Below, in pieces: positions 8,992 through 18,262 of a stretch of 64,000 nt of DNA. Numbering within the stretch: the stretch's first letter is position 1; each line of letters begins with the position of its first letter. Location of the stretch: assembly GCA_963828465.1 (NCBI GenBank), contig CAWHEU010000024.1:64001-128000 (forward strand). Direction: 5' to 3'. The notes below the pieces were generated by a model. It was not told the DNA's origin. It saw only the letters and a program-made list of their open reading frames with translations, and did no database searches. This stretch comes from an uncultured Acidobacteriota bacterium (GTDB lineage: Bacteria > Actinomycetota > Acidimicrobiia > Spongiisociales > ZC4RG35). The position numbers and the translations under genes were made by a program.

Positions 8992-10062
8992 ATGGATCTG
9001 TACGCCCGGGTCAACATCCTGGGGGGCCTGTCAGTGCGGCTTCCCCGAGGGCGGCTGGATGACGCCATCGCCCTCGACAATGACCCGATCAGACGGGCCC
9101 GGCATTGGGCGGAGCAGGGCGTCGACTACATGCACATCGTCGATCTCGACGCCGCCGCCTATGGCGACTATCGCAACCGTGAGTTGATCGACCGGCTGAT
9201 CGACGAGGTCCCGGTCCCGGTCCAGGTCGCTGGAGGTATTCGCTCCGAAGGTGAGGCGCAGCGTCTGATCCAGAAGGGAGCCTGGCGCATCGTCATGGGC
9301 ACCGCCGCGATAGAGAACCAGAACATGGTCTGGGATCTATGTCGTGAGAACCCTGACAAGATCGCCGTATCGGTAGACGTCCGCTCCGATGAGGAGATCG
9401 TGACCAAGGGCTGGACGCAGAACAGCGGTCGCTATCTCGAGGAGGTGCTCATCGAGATGTCGTCGGCTGGCGTGGTGGCATTCCTCGTGTCCGAGGCCGG
9501 TCGTGACGCCCTCGAAGACCCGCCCAACTTCCAGATCATGGCCGAGGCGTTGGCCACGGTCGAGCAGCCCGTGATCGCGGCGGGCGGGGTCAGGGACCTC
9601 GAGGATCTACGAGACCTGTTGCGTCTGGAGGCCGCCGGGCGAAGCCTCGATGGGGTGGTCGTCGGTCGTGAGGTGACGGCCGGCCGCTTCACCATCGAGG
9701 AGGCGAAGCAGGTGCTCGCCGGTGGTGGACCCACACGGGCCCCGGGCGGGGTAGTGGCCACCACAGTCCGTGTCGGGGTGACCTCCTTGCAGAAATCCCT
9801 CGATTTCTACGGCGGGCTCGGGTTCACCCATGTCCGCACGCCCACGCAGGGTGTTGCGGCCGAGGTGATCGAGTCGGCGAAGGGGCAAAGGATCGAATTG
9901 GTCGAGGGTCAAGATCGGCCCGCCGCCCTCACCTTCGTCGTCGACGACCTGGAGCGCTGGGGTCAGCACCTGAGCAGCCTCGATCTCGAGATGAGCGCCA
10001 GAGACAACGTCATCGAGATCACCGACCCCGACGGGCTCCAGCTTCGGTTCGAGCAAGCCTGA
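8992..10062 (+). CDS. HisA/PriA-like TIM barrel fused to a C-terminal VOC (glyoxalase-like) domain
   Basis: HIVDLDAA, QVAGGIRS, VMGTAA, SVDVR and IAAGGV are HisA motifs. The C-terminal SLDFYGGLGF...DPDGLQLRF is VOC-like. Confidence 0.78.
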   Translation: MDLYARVNILGGLSVRLPRGRLDDAIALDNDPIRRARHWAEQGVDYMHIVDLDAAAYGDYRNRELIDRLIDEVPVPVQVAGGIRSEGEAQRLIQKGAWRIVMGTAAIENQNMVWDLCRENPDKIAVSVDVRSDEEIVTKGWTQNSGRYLEEVLIEMSSAGVVAFLVSEAGRDALEDPPNFQIMAEALATVEQPVIAAGGVRDLEDLRDLLRLEAAGRSLDGVVVGREVTAGRFTIEEAKQVLAGGGPTRAPGGVVATTVRVGVTSLQKSLDFYGGLGFTHVRTPTQGVAAEVIESAKGQRIELVEGQDRPAALTFVVDDLERWGQHLSSLDLEMSARDNVIEITDPDGLQLRFEQA

Positions 10063-10077
10063 TTCGAGCTACTCGAA

Positions 10078-11637
10078 TCAGTTCTTGATCAGGGTCCGGG
10101 ATTGTTCCCGGAGAAACTGGCGCAGGTACCAGGGACCGCCCCCGCCGGTGCCGGATGTCCCCGACCCCTTCCAGCCGCCGAACGGATTGATGTCCGGCCA
10201 GGCGCCGGTTGTGGCTCCGGCCGCCCGGTTCACGTAAGTGACACCCGCCTGGATCTGGTTGAACCAGGTGTCGATCTCCTCTTCCTCGCCGCTGAAGAGC
10301 CCGGCGGTGAGACCGAAATCGGTGTCGTTGGAGAGGGCGATCCCTTCTTCCAACGACTTGACCTTGGTGACGGCCACGAAGGGAACGAACAGCTCTTCCT
10401 TCCAGACCCATGAGTCGAGAGGGGCGCTGACCACGGTGGGCGCCACGTAGGACCCCTTCGCCAGTTCGCCCTCGGTGAGGGCAACGCCCCCGGCCAGGAC
10501 CTCCCCGCCGCTGTTCTTCACCTCGTCCACCGCCTTCTGGAAACGCTCCACGGCAGCATCATCGATGACAGGTCCCATGAAGGTGCCCTGCTCGAGGGGA
10601 TTGCCGACTGCAACGGATCCGGTCGCCTCGACCAGCTTGTCGATCAACTCGTCGTAGACCTCCTCCTCGACGTAAACCCTGGACGTTGCGCTGCACTTCT
10701 GGCCGCTGAGGCCGAATGCACCCCGGACAATCCCCTGTGTGGCCACGTCGAGATCGGCGCTCGAGGTGACGACGACCGGGTTTTTCCCACCCATCTCACA
10801 CACCACGGGCTTTGGCCTCGTCTCGTTCACCGTCCGGTACAGGTACATGCCCACCGGATAGGAGCCGGTGAAGGTGAGCCCGTCGACCTTCGGGTGATGG
10901 GCCAGGTAGTCCCCGATCTCGTCCCCACCGGTGACGACATGGAGGGCCTCCTTTGGCAGGCCGGCCTCCAGCATCACCCGATGGAACTCGAGCGCCATCA
11001 GGGCCCCCTGGTTGGACGGCTTGATGACCACTGTGTTGCCGGTGATCAATGCTCCGGTGGAAGGGCCGCCGGCGAGCGCCATCGGGAAATTGAACGGTGA
11101 GATGACTCCCCAGACCCCGAACGGGCGCAACACCGAAGTGTTGGCGTCATTGGGACCGTGAGAGCTGAGCGGGGTGATGAATCCGTCATGCTCGGTGATC
11201 TGACCCGCGTAGTAGCGGAGGAACTCGACGGTCTCGGCCACATCGCCCAGCGACTCGAGACGGTTCTTCCCGATCTCATAGGACATAAGGGCAGCGAGCT
11301 CGAAGAGCTGGCCGTCCATGTGATCCGCCGCCGCCAGCATGAGATCTCGCCGGCGTTCCCAGCCCCAAGCCTCCCATTCCGGTGCGAAGGCCTTGGCGGC
11401 GGACAGCGCGTCGTCCACGTCCTGGGTCACTGCCTGGGCATAGCGGCCAACGACGATCCCGGAGTCGATTGGCGAAACCTCTGCGTAAAAATCCCTGTCC
11501 TTGCGATGCTTGCCATCGACGGCGACGCCGTGATCCTGCCCGAGCCGCGGCTTCACGCTCTCCAGGGCGTCCTCATAGGCCCTGTTCATCTCCTCGTTGT
11601 CCGTGGACATCGTGGCGTAGGTGATCTTCATCGGCAT
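10078..11637 (-). CDS. Aldehyde dehydrogenase family, 1-pyrroline-5-carboxylate dehydrogenase-like
   Basis: ISPFNFP, FTGS, EMGGKN, GQKCSATSR, EELF and TTGAW...PFGGWKGSG motifs. Start is approximate. Confidence 0.85.
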   Translation of the reverse strand: MPMKITYATMSTDNEEMNRAYEDALESVKPRLGQDHGVAVDGKHRKDRDFYAEVSPIDSGIVVGRYAQAVTQDVDDALSAAKAFAPEWEAWGWERRRDLMLAAADHMDGQLFELAALMSYEIGKNRLESLGDVAETVEFLRYYAGQITEHDGFITPLSSHGPNDANTSVLRPFGVWGVISPFNFPMALAGGPSTGALITGNTVVIKPSNQGALMALEFHRVMLEAGLPKEALHVVTGGDEIGDYLAHHPKVDGLTFTGSYPVGMYLYRTVNETRPKPVVCEMGGKNPVVVTSSADLDVATQGIVRGAFGLSGQKCSATSRVYVEEEVYDELIDKLVEATGSVAVGNPLEQGTFMGPVIDDAAVERFQKAVDEVKNSGGEVLAGGVALTEGELAKGSYVAPTVVSAPLDSWVWKEELFVPFVAVTKVKSLEEGIALSNDTDFGLTAGLFSGEEEEIDTWFNQIQAGVTYVNRAAGATTGAWPDINPFGGWKGSGTSGTGGGGPWYLRQFLREQSRTLIKN

Positions 11638-11753
11638 GGCTGTGCTGGGTGCGGGCTCATAGCGACCGACGTTAACCAATGGCCGGCACCCGAATCCGGG
11701 GAACCGGTTGGGCTACCGAAGCGAGCAGAGGCTGGCTAGCGTTTCCATCGCAG

Positions 11754-12416
11754 ATGCCAGATTCACCGTGGGTTCTCTACTGGCCTCTCCTGCTGGTGGG
11801 GGCCTATCTCTTGGGGTCGATTCCGTTCGCCCAGGTCGTCGGGCGCCTCCGGGGCGTGGATCTGCGCTACGTCGGCAGCGGCAACGTCGGTGCCGGCAAC
11901 CTGACCCGCGTCGCCGGTTGGCAATGGGGGCTAATTGGCGGCGTGCTCGACGGCCTCAAAGGCTTGTTCCCGGTTCTGATCGCTCAAGGCATGGGGTTTG
12001 GCAAAGGCGCCGCCGGGATGGTGGGGCTCATGGCCGTTGTCGGTCATAACTGGTCGGTGTTCCTGAGGGGTCGATCGGGGCGCGGCCTGGCTACTTCAGT
12101 TGGTTTGTTGCTCGCTCTCGACCCGGTGCTGCTGGTCTGGACCACGGGCTGGTCGGTGGCTGGCTGGAAGATCGGTGGGGGTGTGGCCGGCTTCCTCGGA
12201 TGGGGCCTCCTGCCCATCGTCTCCACTGCCATGGGTCGTCCAGCGACTGAGTCGCTGGTCCTTCTGGCTCTCTCGATCGTCATCATGGCGCGCAGGATGC
12301 AGGGCAACCCCGACAGCGCGCGCGGCATGCGTCCGGCGATGAGGCGTGCGATCTTCGACACAGATCCGGGTGGTGGGGACTTTCCGCAAGGCGCGGACGA
12401 CCTGCTGACTCCATGA
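11754..12416 (+). CDS. plsY: Glycerol-3-phosphate acyltransferase, PlsY family
   Basis: AYLLGSIPF, DLRYVGSGNVGAGN, LDGLKG and GHNWSVFL motifs. Confidence 0.8.
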   Translation: MPDSPWVLYWPLLLVGAYLLGSIPFAQVVGRLRGVDLRYVGSGNVGAGNLTRVAGWQWGLIGGVLDGLKGLFPVLIAQGMGFGKGAAGMVGLMAVVGHNWSVFLRGRSGRGLATSVGLLLALDPVLLVWTTGWSVAGWKIGGGVAGFLGWGLLPIVSTAMGRPATESLVLLALSIVIMARRMQGNPDSARGMRPAMRRAIFDTDPGGGDFPQGADDLLTP

Positions 12417-13363
12417 GCCCGAAGCGGGTGGCATGGATCGCGGTCATTGCCGCGATCGTTTACGCCGGTTTCGCCGGTTTCATCCTCAACAACTTCGAAC
12501 TGCCGGAGATGAACGCGTACGCGTGGGGTCTGGTTGCACTCGCTGCCCTCGCCCAGATCACGGCGAGCTGGTTCTACGGGTTGCTCTACAAAGAGTCGGT
12601 GGAAGAGGCCGGTGGCCAGCTCAAGGCCTTTTCTGCGTTCAAAGCAGCATTGGTCGGCGCAGGTGTCGCCCGGCTCATACCGGCCGGCGGGGCCATCACC
12701 CCGGTGGCTATGGGCTGGACCGTCCGGGATGAAGAGCCCGGAACGACCGGCGCCGCGGTTCGGGCCGTCCTCCTCAACTATGCCGGGCTGCTGATGATGA
12801 CCGGGGTCGGACTGCTGCTGGCCCGGCCTGAGGATTCAGCCCGGATCGCCTCCGTCAGCCTGACCGTTCTCGCCCCGTTCGTCCTCCTCGCCGGCGTCCT
12901 CCTCATGTTTGGCTCCGGGAAGCTGGGATCACTCTCCCGATTCCTGCCTAAGGCCATTCGCAAGCGTCTCGATACGACGGTCATCGACCATCTCCCCGGC
13001 CCGGAGTCGCAGACCTACATCTGGTGTCGGCTGATCCTCGAGGGCACCGCACTTGGCCTCGTGCTCATCGCGTTCGGGCTCGACGTGAATGTGTTCCAGG
13101 TCATGGCCGCCTTCGGCGCGGCGTCGATCGCCGGAGGGCTCCCGGGCACCCCCGGCGGACTCGGGGTCACCGAGGCCGGGCTGGTCTTCATCCTCAGCGC
13201 CTACGGCTTCCCGGCAGCCACGACCGTGGCGCCCGTGATCATCTACCGGATCGTCTCCTATTGGCTGCCGGCGGCCCTCAGCTTCTTCGCCGGAGGTATG
13301 ACCTTCCTCAGGTCGCCCGAGGCGAAGGCTGCTGCGGAAGTCGATTACGAGGGACAGCACTGA
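12413..13363 (+). CDS. Lysylphosphatidylglycerol synthase TM-domain (flippase-like, YbhN) protein
   Basis: Multi-TM protein with PGTPGGLGVTEA and YRIVSYWLP motifs. ATGA overlap with plsY. Confidence 0.8.
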   Translation: MSPKRVAWIAVIAAIVYAGFAGFILNNFELPEMNAYAWGLVALAALAQITASWFYGLLYKESVEEAGGQLKAFSAFKAALVGAGVARLIPAGGAITPVAMGWTVRDEEPGTTGAAVRAVLLNYAGLLMMTGVGLLLARPEDSARIASVSLTVLAPFVLLAGVLLMFGSGKLGSLSRFLPKAIRKRLDTTVIDHLPGPESQTYIWCRLILEGTALGLVLIAFGLDVNVFQVMAAFGAASIAGGLPGTPGGLGVTEAGLVFILSAYGFPAATTVAPVIIYRIVSYWLPAALSFFAGGMTFLRSPEAKAAAEVDYEGQH

Positions 13364-13377
13364 AGTAGCCTCGGGTC

Positions 13378-13824
13378 ATGCCCGAGACCATCGACTTCAA
13401 CCTTCCCAACCAGGATGGGGAGACCGTCAGCTCCGAGGATTTCGCCGGGAAGCGCCTGGTCATGTTCTTCTATCCGGCCGCGATGACGCCGGGGTGCACC
13501 AAAGAGTCGTGTGACTTCCGCGACAGCTACCAGGAGTTCTCCGAGGCGGGTTACGAGATAGTCGGGGTCAGTCCCGACACTCCGGCCAAGAACGCAAAGT
13601 TCAAGGAGAAGGAGGGCCTCAACTTCGACCTGCTCTCCGATCAGGACAAGGAGCTGGCCACCTCGCTCGGTGCCTGGGGTGAGAAGAAGATGTACGGGAA
13701 GACGATGGACGGCCTGATCAGGTCCACATTCGTCATTGGCGCCGACGGCCAGATCGAGAAGGCGTACCGGAACGTCAAGGCCACCGGTCACGTCGCCCGG
13801 GTCAAGGCTGACCTCCTGGGCTGA
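13378..13824 (+). CDS. bcp: Thioredoxin-dependent thiol peroxidase (BCP)
   Basis: FYPAAMTPGCTKESCDFRD, GVSPD, LLSD and RSTFVIG motifs. Confidence 0.93.
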   Translation: MPETIDFNLPNQDGETVSSEDFAGKRLVMFFYPAAMTPGCTKESCDFRDSYQEFSEAGYEIVGVSPDTPAKNAKFKEKEGLNFDLLSDQDKELATSLGAWGEKKMYGKTMDGLIRSTFVIGADGQIEKAYRNVKATGHVARVKADLLG

Positions 13825-13825
13825 G

Positions 13826-13955
13826 TTTCCTCCCCCAGGAGCGAAGCGACGTTGGGGGAGGTGGCCCGCAGGGCCGGAGGGGGTCTTTGGGGGAGGTGGC
13901 CAAGGAGTCCCCCCTCCCCGCCTGCGGCGGGACTCCCCCCTTCGGGGGGAGAAAC
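13826..13955. repeat. REP/BIME-like cluster of inverted GC-rich palindromic units
   Basis: CTCCCCC..GGGGGAGGTGGCCCGCAGGGCCGGAGGGGG faces CCCCTCCCCGCCTGCGGCGGGACTCCCCCCTTCGGGGGGAG. TTGGGGGAGGTGGCC occurs twice (13852, 13887). Confidence 0.75.
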
Positions 13956-13969
13956 AGGGCCGGAGCGGG

Positions 13970-14851
13970 CTATTCGCCTAACTCGATGCCGGCCAGCTCT
14001 TCCAGGGCCTTGACCAGGGCGTGGTTGCCCTCAGAGCCGAGATCCTGGGCCTGGAGAGCGCGGTAGAGCTGGAAGACCAGGGAAGTCCCGGGCAGCGGTA
14101 TGCCCAGTTCGTCCGCCGTGTCGAGAACGATGCGAAGGTCTTTCTGCTGCAGGTCGATGGTGAATCCGGGTCGCCAGTCGCGGGCGATCATCTGTGGGCC
14201 CCGGTTGGACAGCATCCACGACCCTGCTGCCCCGCCTTCGACCGCCGCCAGCGTCGTACCCAGATCTAGGCCAGCCCCTTGCGCCAGCAGCAATGCTTCG
14301 GAAGCGGCCAACTCATTGAGCACGACCAGCACCTGGTTGACCGCTTTGGCCATCTGGCCCGATCCCGGCTCCTCGCCGATGTGTGTGATCGTCTTCGAGT
14401 AAGCCTCCATGAAGGGCCGAGCGCGCTCCAAGGCCTCGCTAGGGCCGCCGGCCATGACCGCCAGGGTCCCTTTCTCGGCGCCCTCCGACCCACCGGATAC
14501 CGGTGCGTCCACCCAGGACACCCCGGACTCGGAGGCGCGGGCTGCGAGTTCCCGAGTGGCGCCGGGCGAGATCGTGGAGTGGTCGACGAGGACCGCGCCT
14601 CGGGTCAGGCCGTGGATGACTCCGTTGTCGCCGAAGACCACTTCCTCCACATCCGGCGTATCGGACACGCAGACGAAGACGATGTCGCTCGCCTTGCCCA
14701 GCTCAATTGGGTCGGCTGCGAGGTCACAGACGAGATCCACTCCCTTTCCTGCGGTCCGGTTCCAGACGGTCAAGCTGTTCCCGGCCATGAGCAGGTTCAG
14801 GGCCATCCCGTGACCCATCGTGCCGAGGCCGATGAAACCGAGACGAGTCAT
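13970..14851 (-). CDS. NAD(P)-dependent oxidoreductase, 3-hydroxyisobutyrate dehydrogenase / tartronate semialdehyde reductase family
   Basis: GFIGLGTMG, DAPVSGG, KAVNQ and F.IDLQQKDL motifs. Confidence 0.9.
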   Translation of the reverse strand: MTRLGFIGLGTMGHGMALNLLMAGNSLTVWNRTAGKGVDLVCDLAADPIELGKASDIVFVCVSDTPDVEEVVFGDNGVIHGLTRGAVLVDHSTISPGATRELAARASESGVSWVDAPVSGGSEGAEKGTLAVMAGGPSEALERARPFMEAYSKTITHIGEEPGSGQMAKAVNQVLVVLNELAASEALLLAQGAGLDLGTTLAAVEGGAAGSWMLSNRGPQMIARDWRPGFTIDLQQKDLRIVLDTADELGIPLPGTSLVFQLYRALQAQDLGSEGNHALVKALEELAGIELGE

Positions 14852-14886
14852 GGCCGGGCACTCTAGGGGTGTGCTAGACCCACCCC

Positions 14887-16101
14887 ATGCCCCACGATCG
14901 ACTCGATGCCACCATGGCCGGCGAGGTGTCGGCCCTGCGCCAATCGGGGACAGCCAAGGGATCCGAGGCCGTGATCGTGGGCATCGAGCCCGAGCACGAA
15001 GGGCACGGTCCCCGCTATCTCCTCGAAGGAGACGATCGGCGATTCATCAGGATGAACTCCAACGGCTACCTCGGCCTTTCACGGCACCCGGCACTGATCA
15101 AAGCCGAGGAGAGGGCGACGAAGGAGTTCGGCGCCGGGCCGGGAGCCGTGCGGTTCATCTCGGGCACGTATCGGGCACATCTCGATCTCGAACGACGGCT
15201 GGCGTCCTTTCATGTGCGTTCGTCGTCGATGATCTTCTCCTCGGCCTATGCCGCCGTCGTCTCGAGCCTGACTTCGCTGATCACCCCCGACACCGTGGTG
15301 CTCAGCGACGAGCTGAATCACAACTGCATCATCAACGCCCTTCGTCTCTCCCGCCCGGCCTCGAGGGAGGTCTATCCCCATCTCGACTTCGCTGCACTCG
15401 ACACGCTGCTTGCCCGGCCGGCGGGGGCGTCGCGAGCGATTGTCGTAACCGACGGGGTGTTCTCGATGCGCGGCGACTACGCCGATCTCTCGACGCTTAT
15501 GGAAGTCGCCCGGGCGCACGACGACGCGTTTGAGGAGAACGTTGTTGTGGTGGTCGACGACTCCCACGGGGTGGGAGCCTTCGGGGAAACAGGTCGGGGC
15601 ACCGAGGAGTTGTCCGGATCAGGCCAGGTGGACGTCCTCATCGGCACGCTGGGCAAGGCTTTCGGGGTCAACGGGGGATATGTGACCGGGAGCCAGAGCC
15701 TCACCGACTTCCTGCGGGAAAAGGCACCGATGTACATCTACTCCAACCCGATCACCGTGGGTGAGGCCGCCGCCGCCACTGCGGCGTTGTCGGTCGTCGA
15801 TTCCGAAGAGGGCAGCTCCTTGTTGAGGCATCTCGCAGCTATGACGGCCAGATTCGAGAACGGTCTCGTCGACCTGGGTCTGGAGACGATCCCGGGCCCC
15901 CATCCAGTGGTGCCGCTCATGATCAGGGACACAGAGCAGACAACGGCCCTGGTCCGGCATCTCCACGACAACGGCATCCTCGCCACCGGTCTCAACTACC
16001 CGGTTGTGCCCAAGGGCGACGAGGAGATCCGGTTCCAGGTCAATGCCGACCACACCGAGGCCGACATCGATGGGGTGTTGGAGGTACTGGGAGCGTTCTA
16101 G
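14887..16101 (+). CDS. kbl: Glycine C-acetyltransferase (2-amino-3-ketobutyrate CoA ligase)-like PLP enzyme
   Basis: SNGYLGL, AVRFISGT, SDELNHNCII, DGVFSM, DDSHG, TLGKAFG and YPVVPKG motifs. Confidence 0.75.
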   Translation: MPHDRLDATMAGEVSALRQSGTAKGSEAVIVGIEPEHEGHGPRYLLEGDDRRFIRMNSNGYLGLSRHPALIKAEERATKEFGAGPGAVRFISGTYRAHLDLERRLASFHVRSSSMIFSSAYAAVVSSLTSLITPDTVVLSDELNHNCIINALRLSRPASREVYPHLDFAALDTLLARPAGASRAIVVTDGVFSMRGDYADLSTLMEVARAHDDAFEENVVVVVDDSHGVGAFGETGRGTEELSGSGQVDVLIGTLGKAFGVNGGYVTGSQSLTDFLREKAPMYIYSNPITVGEAAAATAALSVVDSEEGSSLLRHLAAMTARFENGLVDLGLETIPGPHPVVPLMIRDTEQTTALVRHLHDNGILATGLNYPVVPKGDEEIRFQVNADHTEADIDGVLEVLGAF

Positions 16102-16136
16102 GGAACCGCGAGCAGATCGACCGGCGTCGAACAATC

Positions 16137-17510
16137 GTGAGGCAACCGAACCGAGTCGCGGCAGTTGTCGCGTTGTTTCTGACAGTCGCTGCCTGTGCGC
16201 AGCCTCCCGCCGGGGTCGAGCCAGAGCCGAGCACCATCCCGCCGGCAATCATCCCTTCGACCACCCCGCCGTCGGCGCAGGTGGTGAATTGTGAGGGCAT
16301 AGACACGCCTTACGCCCCAGATGACTGGTATGCCGACACCCCGATCTATGTCGGTAATGAGATGCCAATCGAGGAGGTGCGGGCATTCGCCCATACCCTC
16401 GAGGGCTTCCAGGAGGTGTGGATCGACCGGGCTCACCATGGCTGGATCGGAGTGGGGTTCCACAACGCCGACGTCGAGGCACGTCAGGCCGCGTTGGAGG
16501 GCGAGTTCCCGGGTGTCGGGGTGGTTGCGGTGAACATGCCATACACCGCGGCCGAATTGGAAGAGTTCTCCCGGGATCTCCAGAGCCGTCTCCCCGATGG
16601 GATGAAAACGGCAAGCATCTATGAGGTTCAGGGATTCATCGAGATGTGGGTGGGTCGGCTCAATCCGGAGAACATCGCCTCCGTATCGGACGTTGTCGGG
16701 GACGCCCCGGTCTGCATCAGTGGCCAGGACCCGGCGACCACGCCTGCAGACGGTCCGCAGCTCGAGAGCGGCGATGGATGGTCGTACCTCGGTGAGGCTG
16801 ACACCATGCCCGACACCGAATATCCCCGAATCCTTGCCGACCCTGCGGATCTGAGCGCGATGTGGGATCAGCTCGGGATCCCTGGGGAGCCACCTGACGT
16901 CGACTTCGAGAAGCAGTGGTGTTTTCCGTGGTGATCGGTCACAGCGGCTCCTGCCCCCGGACCCGTCTCGATGAAGTCGTCGTCGATGACAGCGTGGTGT
17001 ATGTAGTGGTCCCCACCATCACAGAGGAGATGGGTTGCACGGCTGATTGGGTTCCTCGCACCTATCTGGTCGCCGTTGAGCGGGATCGACTCCCAGCGCC
17101 TCCCTTCCAGCTCACGACCGAGGAGGGGTATGGATCGCGGGTAGAGATCGCCACTGATCTACGGGTCCCGGGCAGTGTCCCTGCACGAGGCGACGTCGTT
17201 CGGGCCGAGGCCGGGCCGGTTCGAGAGGTCACCCCGATGCCCCATATGGATCGAACCGGGATTTCCCAGTCCGCCACTGACCATCGACCCCGCGTGTGGC
17301 GTCGCCTATCTCGGGGAGATCAATACCGTCCACTGGCATCGGGCCGAGGGGAGCGGGATGCCCGCTGAGTGGGAGGCGGCAACAATCGATGGTCTCCTCG
17401 ATCTCGAGCTGATGATGACGCCGGGCCCGGAGCCGACTTTGACCGCGTCAGCAAGCGGGGTTGACGTGGTGTATCTGCCGGGTCCGGAGACCACGAGGGC
17501 CTGCGACTGA
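16137..17510 (+). CDS. Lipoprotein broken by two single-base indels (about 16917 and 17241)
   Basis: Lipobox VAAC. Three overlapping ORFs join into one coherent acidic protein (DFEKQ|VVFSVVIGHSGSCP...; EVTPMP|IWIEPGFP...). Confidence 0.65.
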
Positions 17511-17513
17511 CTG

Positions 17514-18212
17514 TCACTCTCCATCGGATTCGGCGATCGCCCTTTCTATCTTCTTGCGATCGACGCCGAGGCCGGCGAGACACATGGCCTCGGGAGATTT
17601 CTGATCACGGAGCACTCCGAGCAATAGGTGCCCCGGGCGAATGACTCGCGATCTCGTTCGGATCGCCTCTCGAAGGGCTAGTTCGAGCACCTTCTTTGCA
17701 TCTGCAGTGAAAGGCAGGTGACCGGTTACCGGCTCCTGCGCTGGTCCCAGGATGCCCTCCATCGACTCTTTCACCTGCTCCAAGGACACGCCCTGAGACT
17801 CGATTGTCATGGCAGGCAGGCCTTGTGGATCTTCGATCAGCGCCAGAACGATGTGCCCGGGCTGTATGTGGTCGTGCTTGGCTCCGCGAGCGTGTTCTAC
17901 GGCCTCCATGGCGACGGAGCGGGCATCGTCGTCGAATCTCGTGAACATGCCCTGGCTCTCCCTCGGCACGCGTCTCGCGACGAATCGCTTCTGGACCGCC
18001 TGCTTGCTCACCCCAAGGGCACCACCAATCTCGGCCCAGGAAGCTCCGGAGTCCCGGGCCCGGTCGACGAAGTGGCCGATGAGTTGGTCGGCCAATACAT
18101 TGAGTCCTTCGGCGACTCCGACCGCCTCGGCGAGTTGGTCGAGCCGCGTTCCTTCCGGGACATTGGTCTCGACGAGGTCGACCAGCTGCTCCAGTTGCGG
18201 GGGTTGGCTCAT
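17514..18212 (-). CDS. HTH plus Clp N-terminal domain protein
   Basis: GASWAEIGGALGVSKQAVQKRF helix-turn-helix, then MFTRF...HI.PGHIVLAL and LPFTADAKKVLELALREA Clp_N repeats. Confidence 0.88.
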   Translation of the reverse strand: MSQPPQLEQLVDLVETNVPEGTRLDQLAEAVGVAEGLNVLADQLIGHFVDRARDSGASWAEIGGALGVSKQAVQKRFVARRVPRESQGMFTRFDDDARSVAMEAVEHARGAKHDHIQPGHIVLALIEDPQGLPAMTIESQGVSLEQVKESMEGILGPAQEPVTGHLPFTADAKKVLELALREAIRTRSRVIRPGHLLLGVLRDQKSPEAMCLAGLGVDRKKIERAIAESDGE

Positions 18213-18214
18213 CG

Positions 18215-18262
18215 CGTCAACCTTAGGTTGACGATGAGCTCTGCGTCAACCAGTGGTTGACG
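18215..18262. promoter_or_regulatory. Two copies of the palindrome CGTCAACC-N3-GGTTGACG (putative operator pair)
   Basis: Perfect 8-bp arms at 18215-18233 and 18244-18262, immediately upstream of the HTH/Clp-N start codon. Confidence 0.75.

Noticed and set aside
13826-13955. Possible CRISPR array
   Set aside because: No regular repeat-spacer periodicity and no cas genes.
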